A stretch of 32,000 nt of DNA, from assembly GCA_048886185.1 (NCBI GenBank), contig JBHLKY010000012.1:67981-99980 (forward strand), written 5' to 3'. A program made the translations under genes and the position numbers. Source of the DNA: Candidatus Hermodarchaeota archaeon. GTDB lineage: Archaea > Asgardarchaeota > Heimdallarchaeia > Hodarchaeales > Hodarchaeaceae. Position 1 is the stretch's first letter. Each line of letters opens with the position of its first letter. The notes beneath the pieces are model-generated. The model worked only from the letters and a program-made list of their open reading frames with translations. It searched no databases and had not been told where the DNA came from. Positions 27,295-32,000 of this stretch are shown here, piece after piece.

Positions 27295-28572
27295 TTACTT
27301 CTTTCCCTTCTTAGGTGTAAGGTCGATTAATTCATAGTCTCGAGATCCAATACCCTGTGCATGAGCAGCTGCGAGCTGTGTCTCGACAATAATTGGTCTA
27401 GATTTAGGATCTACAAAACGACTTAATAGACCGAACTTCGGGTTATTAGGCTCCATCGCTTCGGGTATGGGATCAATTCTTCCATGGGGAGAATCTAAAC
27501 CAGTTTCAGCGGGGGATTCAGGTATTCCTGGGGCTTTTGTCACAAGATCTACACTTGCCTGATCAATAGCAATTGGATCTGTAGAGTATAAAATTCCTTG
27601 ATCAGGAACGAGTAGATTGCCACCTGCACTCATACAATCGCAATGGCTTGTTATATCTACGGCGATATTGATAAATCGAAGTCTATCATCCCCATCACTA
27701 TTAATTCCTTTTACTACTCCAGCAGCATTGTCCATCATTCGTTCTACCTGTTCAACGCTAGGAATTCTCCTTCTCAGTGCAAAAATCCGTTTCTCCTCTA
27801 GTTCTTGAGGTGGAATGTCAACGTGACATTTAGCAAAACACGAAGTACATGCAATGCATTTGTTAGAATCTAATGAAATTTTTTGATTTTCATCTAACGA
27901 TAGAGCTTGAGTTGGACAGATTTTAAGACATTTGCGACAACCTGTACAATTGTCTGGATTTTTTACATATACATTCTCTCCACCCCCCATATGAGCGGCA
28001 CCCTTACCCTCATTACCTACACACCCAATTCCCAATTGTTTAAGAGCACCTCCAAATCCCGCACCATCATGCCCTTTAAAACGGGATACAATCAACACTT
28101 TATCAGCAATTCTTAACCCCATAGCCATCGCTACTTCTTTAATGTATTTTCCTTTTTCGTTAGGAACCCGAAATACTTCTGTTCCAATTATTCCATCGTC
28201 CATTACAACAGGCGCGTTCAACGCTCCAATGTTAAATCCATGTCTATTTGCTAAAGATATGAAACCAGGACCATTTGACATGGTGAATTCTCTATTACCC
28301 TCATCTCTGAATAAGCCCACTCCCTCACAGACCCAAGGTATCCCTTTAGCTTCACGAACTAAATCAACGATTTTCCTAATATACATTGGACGAAGATGTC
28401 GAGTTTGATTTCGACTACCAAAATGGGTTTTAATTGCCACAATTTCTCCCTCCTTTATCCAGTCTTTTAATCCAACATCTTCATGCTTCCATAAGTGATC
28501 TAAGCGATCCACGAGCGAATCTTCTACTCCCATTCCCTTTGTATTTACCATAAAAACTTTTGTTATACTCAT
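27295..28572 (-). CDS. DUF362 family Fe-S protein with an inserted 2x[4Fe-4S] ferredoxin domain
   Basis: VAIKTHFG, SRFKGHDGAGFGGALKQLGIGC, CTGCRKCLKICP, CIACTSCFAKC, SHCDC, DPIAIDQASVDL. Confidence 0.88.
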   Translation of the reverse strand: MSITKVFMVNTKGMGVEDSLVDRLDHLWKHEDVGLKDWIKEGEIVAIKTHFGSRNQTRHLRPMYIRKIVDLVREAKGIPWVCEGVGLFRDEGNREFTMSNGPGFISLANRHGFNIGALNAPVVMDDGIIGTEVFRVPNEKGKYIKEVAMAMGLRIADKVLIVSRFKGHDGAGFGGALKQLGIGCVGNEGKGAAHMGGGENVYVKNPDNCTGCRKCLKICPTQALSLDENQKISLDSNKCIACTSCFAKCHVDIPPQELEEKRIFALRRRIPSVEQVERMMDNAAGVVKGINSDGDDRLRFINIAVDITSHCDCMSAGGNLLVPDQGILYSTDPIAIDQASVDLVTKAPGIPESPAETGLDSPHGRIDPIPEAMEPNNPKFGLLSRFVDPKSRPIIVETQLAAAHAQGIGSRDYELIDLTPKKGKK

Positions 28573-28771
28573 AATATTCACTACACATTCCTATTCAATT
28601 TAAAGATAATTAAAAGTTTGTACGGACTGTTTTCATTTAGAGTTTTATAGTCATAGTACGGGTGATTCACTTAAGTAGGTAGAATGTTGAAATAACTATA
28701 ATTAATTCTCATTAGTAACTTTTGAAAGATTTGTATCGGAATTTTTGAAAATAGTTGAATTGAAGTGAAAA

Positions 28772-29030
28772 ATGATGATGACCCTTAGAATTGAAGTAAT
28801 TGCGATATTAGAAGAAGGAAAATGTAATTATGGACATAAGAAAGGGCATATGTATAACTATCCTGAAGATAAAGGAAATTTTTGTTTGGTTGCTTGGACA
28901 ACACTTTTCTCTATTTAAGTGGACGCCAATACGGAGTATAGTATCTATGGGAGGAAAGTAAAAACAGTTTTACTCTATGTTGCCACGATTATAAAAATCC
29001 TGCTGGATTTAAGATCAAACAAGCAGAATA
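28772..29030 (+). pseudogene. Degraded TIGR04076-like small Cys-containing protein gene
   Basis: Frame A (28772-28918): MMMTLRIEVIAILEEGKCNYGHKKGHMYNYPEDKGNFCLVAWTTLF. A different frame continues FLYLSGRQYGV*YLWEESKNSFTLCCHDYKNPAGFKIKQ. Together they resemble the family pattern as I recall it (C..GHK.G...FC..AW..LFP....YGG..PW.....CPD..NP..FKI). Confidence 0.6.
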
Positions 29031-29083
29031 TAAGATTCGAAATACTTTTTATGGATTTGAACTTAACTATATAGATAAAAACA

Positions 29084-29569
29084 ATGAGAAAGTTAAATCT
29101 AATGCCTCTTGACAAAAAAAAGCTAGACGCTTTACTAGAGGAAATTAAACTTTTAGAGGAAAAACCAATCGAAAAACATAAAATTCCTCACCATCCCATT
29201 GTTTCCACAGACATTCCATCTGTTTCGCTTGCAAAAAAAGACTACTTACTCCTAACGGAAAAAAAAGCATACTTCACGATTAATCATTATTATAAGTTAG
29301 TGATGTTATCGATTGATGACGCCTCTACAGGTTTTGAGATTTGGATCAAGGGTGTTTTGCCACTGTTGCTTCAACGACATAGTCTCGATCGTGAGGAATG
29401 GGAAAGAATATGTGATTTAGGGGATAGAGATTCTCAAATCGAGAAAGAATTAACCGAGGATTGGAGACTTTTTTACAGAGATACTATTCAAAAAGGCCTC
29501 ATTGATTCTGAGATCTTAACTTTAATCAATGAAGGTAGGTTACGCGTTAAGAAAATGAGACCAGAATAA
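29084..29569 (+). CDS. Hypothetical protein (helical, charged)
   Basis: 161-aa ORF filling the gap before the AOR 3' end; no recognised motif. ATG at 29102 is an alternative start. Confidence 0.7.
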   Translation: MRKLNLMPLDKKKLDALLEEIKLLEEKPIEKHKIPHHPIVSTDIPSVSLAKKDYLLLTEKKAYFTINHYYKLVMLSIDDASTGFEIWIKGVLPLLLQRHSLDREEWERICDLGDRDSQIEKELTEDWRLFYRDTIQKGLIDSEILTLINEGRLRVKKMRPE

Positions 29570-29648
29570 GAAATATCTCATAAAAGAAAATTTCTTATTT
29601 CACTAAGTACTTTCTTCTAAACAATGGAAAGAAGAAAAAGGAAGAGAA

Positions 29649-31829
29649 TCACTGATAAGGAGAAACAGTCTCAAAGACATCACTAGAATCGATTCCAAGT
29701 TCTTTAATTTTCGCAATGGTAGGACAACCATGTTTACTCCATCCACGACGTTCGTACGCAGCATCTTGAAGTCTTGTATAGTTTTCTTCACGGTATTTCC
29801 GAAGAATTGCCATTTTCTCTTCCGTGGTTTTTCCAGTAGGATCTTCTCCGATCTCTTCCTTGATCTGAGTATCATACCGTTCAACACGACTCTCATATTC
29901 AACTTTGGTTACGGGCCCCATAGCACGATAGGGGAAATTAGAATCGTGTTCTTTCAGGCCTTTTCCTTGTCGTACATTAAAAATCCTCTGAAAATTATAT
30001 ACTCGCTCTGACATCTTAATGAGATCATCAGGTGTGGAATTTCTCCCAGTCACACTACTGAAATATTGAGAATACCAGTTTACATGCTTTGGGATTTTTG
30101 CACGAGCATTAGGTAATGTTAAAGGTTTTTGGGGGTTATCTATGTTGTCATTTGGGATAACATCGTTCCATGGTAACTTACAGAGACCATTAAGCCCAAA
30201 CCAAGTCCTCCAGAATGGAAACCATGCCAAAGCTTCAGCTTTATCTTCAAATGTGGGAAGATTCCCCCTTACAGAATCTTCAAAGATTAGCCATGCCTCA
30301 TCATGTTGTGGGCCTTTCAAAGTTAAACCGTAACCACCTTGTTGTGCCAAAGATTCTTTAGTAACATATTCAGAGAATTCCAAGCCCTTATGCTCCATTC
30401 CGATGTCTTGAAGAAATTGAGGATCAGCACCGTACTTTTCAGCAAAGACCTTCTTCATTTCCGCAATACCTTGCCCCACGATAACTCCAAATCCTTCACC
30501 TCGAGCCATTTGGTGGATTAATTCGAGAGCTGCCTCTCCATTTCCAAAATTCAAGTCTAGTCCCCCCGTAATTTTCTCATTTAAAACTCCTGCTTCGAAA
30601 CATTCCATCACAAAGGCAATCCCAGTTCCTACTGAAATTGTATCTAATGCATAGTTATCACAGTAAAAGTTTGCTTCTAAGACCCATTTTGGATCCCATA
30701 CACCCCAATTACTCCCGCATCCTGCGATGGTCTCATACTCAGGTCCATCCACATGTACTTCTTGACCCTTAAAAGGTCCCGTGAGGGCTTTGTGGCCTTT
30801 AGAAATGTGACTACACGCAATGGTACATCCAATCCAACAACCATCAGTACCTTTTCCAGTATCCGTATAAATTGATCGCATTACCTCACGTGTGTAAGGA
30901 AAATGTTCTCCTTTCAACTCTTTGTGAGCACCAAATCGAAAATTTTCTGTAGGGAGGAGGTCGAAATCATTCATGATTTCAGGGAGATGACCTGTTCCAA
31001 CTACACGCATCTCATTCTGTTCAGGATCATTCTTAATAATTTCAAGATTATGCTGCTTTCCGACATTTTTTGCCGTATCAAGATCTGAAGGATTATTAAT
31101 CTTAGCATCAATCCTTGGTGAGCGACATACTAGAGCTTTTAGATGCTTATTTCGGAAAACGGTACCAATTCCCCCACGTCCAGCTTGTTTATAACTAGCC
31201 CATTCTCGCTTCTTATTATACCATGAAAAATTCAAACAACCCCACTTAGAATACTCTGCTCCTTTTCCAGATGAAACAACACTAACCCGATGCTTTTCTT
31301 TATCGGTTGAATTCACAGCATATCTCTCTGTTAACTGTTGAGTCAACAAATATGCATCATCAGGTATATTCTCAGCCTTTTCTATACGGACAGTTCCTTC
31401 ATCACCATTTATGAAGATTACAATGTCTTTTTCTGCTTTTCCCTGGATTTCAATTGCATCAAATCCTGAAAATTTGAGATAAGGCCCAAAATATCCTCCA
31501 ACATTACTATCGATCACAATACCTGTTAATGGGGAGATTGTTGTAACAATAGATTTTCCAGACCCAGGATAAAATGTACTCCCTCCTAGCGGGCCAGAAG
31601 CAATACATATCTCATTTTCGGGATCATCCCACTTCACAGGATGCTTTGGTAAACCGTGCCACATTAAGTTTAGGTTGAATCCTTTTCCTCCGATAAATTT
31701 CTCCTTCATTTCATCAGTAACAGGCTTAATCTTTATTTCATTAGAATCTAAGTTGATATATAGTGTTCTATTTGCATATCCTTTCTCAACTGGTTTTAAT
31801 TCATAAGATAATTCTGATATGACAGCCAT
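29649..31829 (-). CDS. aor: Aldehyde:ferredoxin oxidoreductase family (tungstopterin enzyme)
   Basis: QAGRGGIGTVF, DGPEYETIA, DTISVG, GPQHDE, GLCKLPW; GGAGG ribosome-binding site upstream of the ATG at 31829. Confidence 0.93.
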   Translation of the reverse strand: MAVISELSYELKPVEKGYANRTLYINLDSNEIKIKPVTDEMKEKFIGGKGFNLNLMWHGLPKHPVKWDDPENEICIASGPLGGSTFYPGSGKSIVTTISPLTGIVIDSNVGGYFGPYLKFSGFDAIEIQGKAEKDIVIFINGDEGTVRIEKAENIPDDAYLLTQQLTERYAVNSTDKEKHRVSVVSSGKGAEYSKWGCLNFSWYNKKREWASYKQAGRGGIGTVFRNKHLKALVCRSPRIDAKINNPSDLDTAKNVGKQHNLEIIKNDPEQNEMRVVGTGHLPEIMNDFDLLPTENFRFGAHKELKGEHFPYTREVMRSIYTDTGKGTDGCWIGCTIACSHISKGHKALTGPFKGQEVHVDGPEYETIAGCGSNWGVWDPKWVLEANFYCDNYALDTISVGTGIAFVMECFEAGVLNEKITGGLDLNFGNGEAALELIHQMARGEGFGVIVGQGIAEMKKVFAEKYGADPQFLQDIGMEHKGLEFSEYVTKESLAQQGGYGLTLKGPQHDEAWLIFEDSVRGNLPTFEDKAEALAWFPFWRTWFGLNGLCKLPWNDVIPNDNIDNPQKPLTLPNARAKIPKHVNWYSQYFSSVTGRNSTPDDLIKMSERVYNFQRIFNVRQGKGLKEHDSNFPYRAMGPVTKVEYESRVERYDTQIKEEIGEDPTGKTTEEKMAILRKYREENYTRLQDAAYERRGWSKHGCPTIAKIKELGIDSSDVFETVSPYQ

Positions 31830-31944
31830 AATAGCGTTCCTCCATTAGAAACAAGATGACACACGATAATAGGGGCGTAGAGCTTTCAAACAACTAATTT
31901 AAATAAAACTATATTAATTTGATTCATTGAGGATGTAGCAAGAA

Positions 31945-32000
31945 ATGAGTAAAACTGAAAGACATCGTTGTGAGCTAGAAATTCTCTTTTCTGATTTTTT
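31945..32000 (+). CDS. 5' end of a gene running off the window
   Basis: ATG at 31945, MSKTERHRCELEILFSDF..., open to the edge, GAGG upstream. Too short to identify. Confidence 0.35.
   Translation, partial: MSKTERHRCELEILFSDF

Overview
Low-GC archaeal chromosomal window. An Asgard (Heimdall/Hodarchaeales-like) origin is my inference from a Sec61alpha-like SecY, a PGF-CTERM surface protein, a GGGPS homologue and archaeal promoters. About 23 intact-looking CDS, one of them (GGGPS-like) with a probable 5' frameshift, plus one pseudogene remnant. I saw no rRNA, tRNA, CRISPR array or transposase. 1-5320 is a higher-GC cell-surface block. It holds a large minus-strand gene missing from the ORF track (starts 3322, runs off the left edge): signal peptide, 14 WD40 repeats, 10 DxDxDG Ca-binding repeats, one TM helix and a cytoplasmic TPR-like tail, i.e. 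a receptor-like type I membrane protein. Next to it is a PGF-CTERM glycoprotein built from two copies of an unrecognised domain. Then come a putative PD-(D/E)xK nuclease, an ABC3 (MacB/FtsX-LolD) operon whose second ATPase has a ~385-aa unknown N-terminal region, a divergent ABC-2 exporter plus MFS, a stand-alone secY, a membrane-anchored double-wHTH regulator and MazG/DHH/PHP hydrolases. The right part has the GGGPS-like gene, an unannotated 59-aa basic ORF, two divergent LeuCD/HacAB-family pairs around a Zn-ribbon gene, a DUF362 Fe-S protein, a decayed TIGR04076-like gene and an aldehyde:ferredoxin oxidoreductase.
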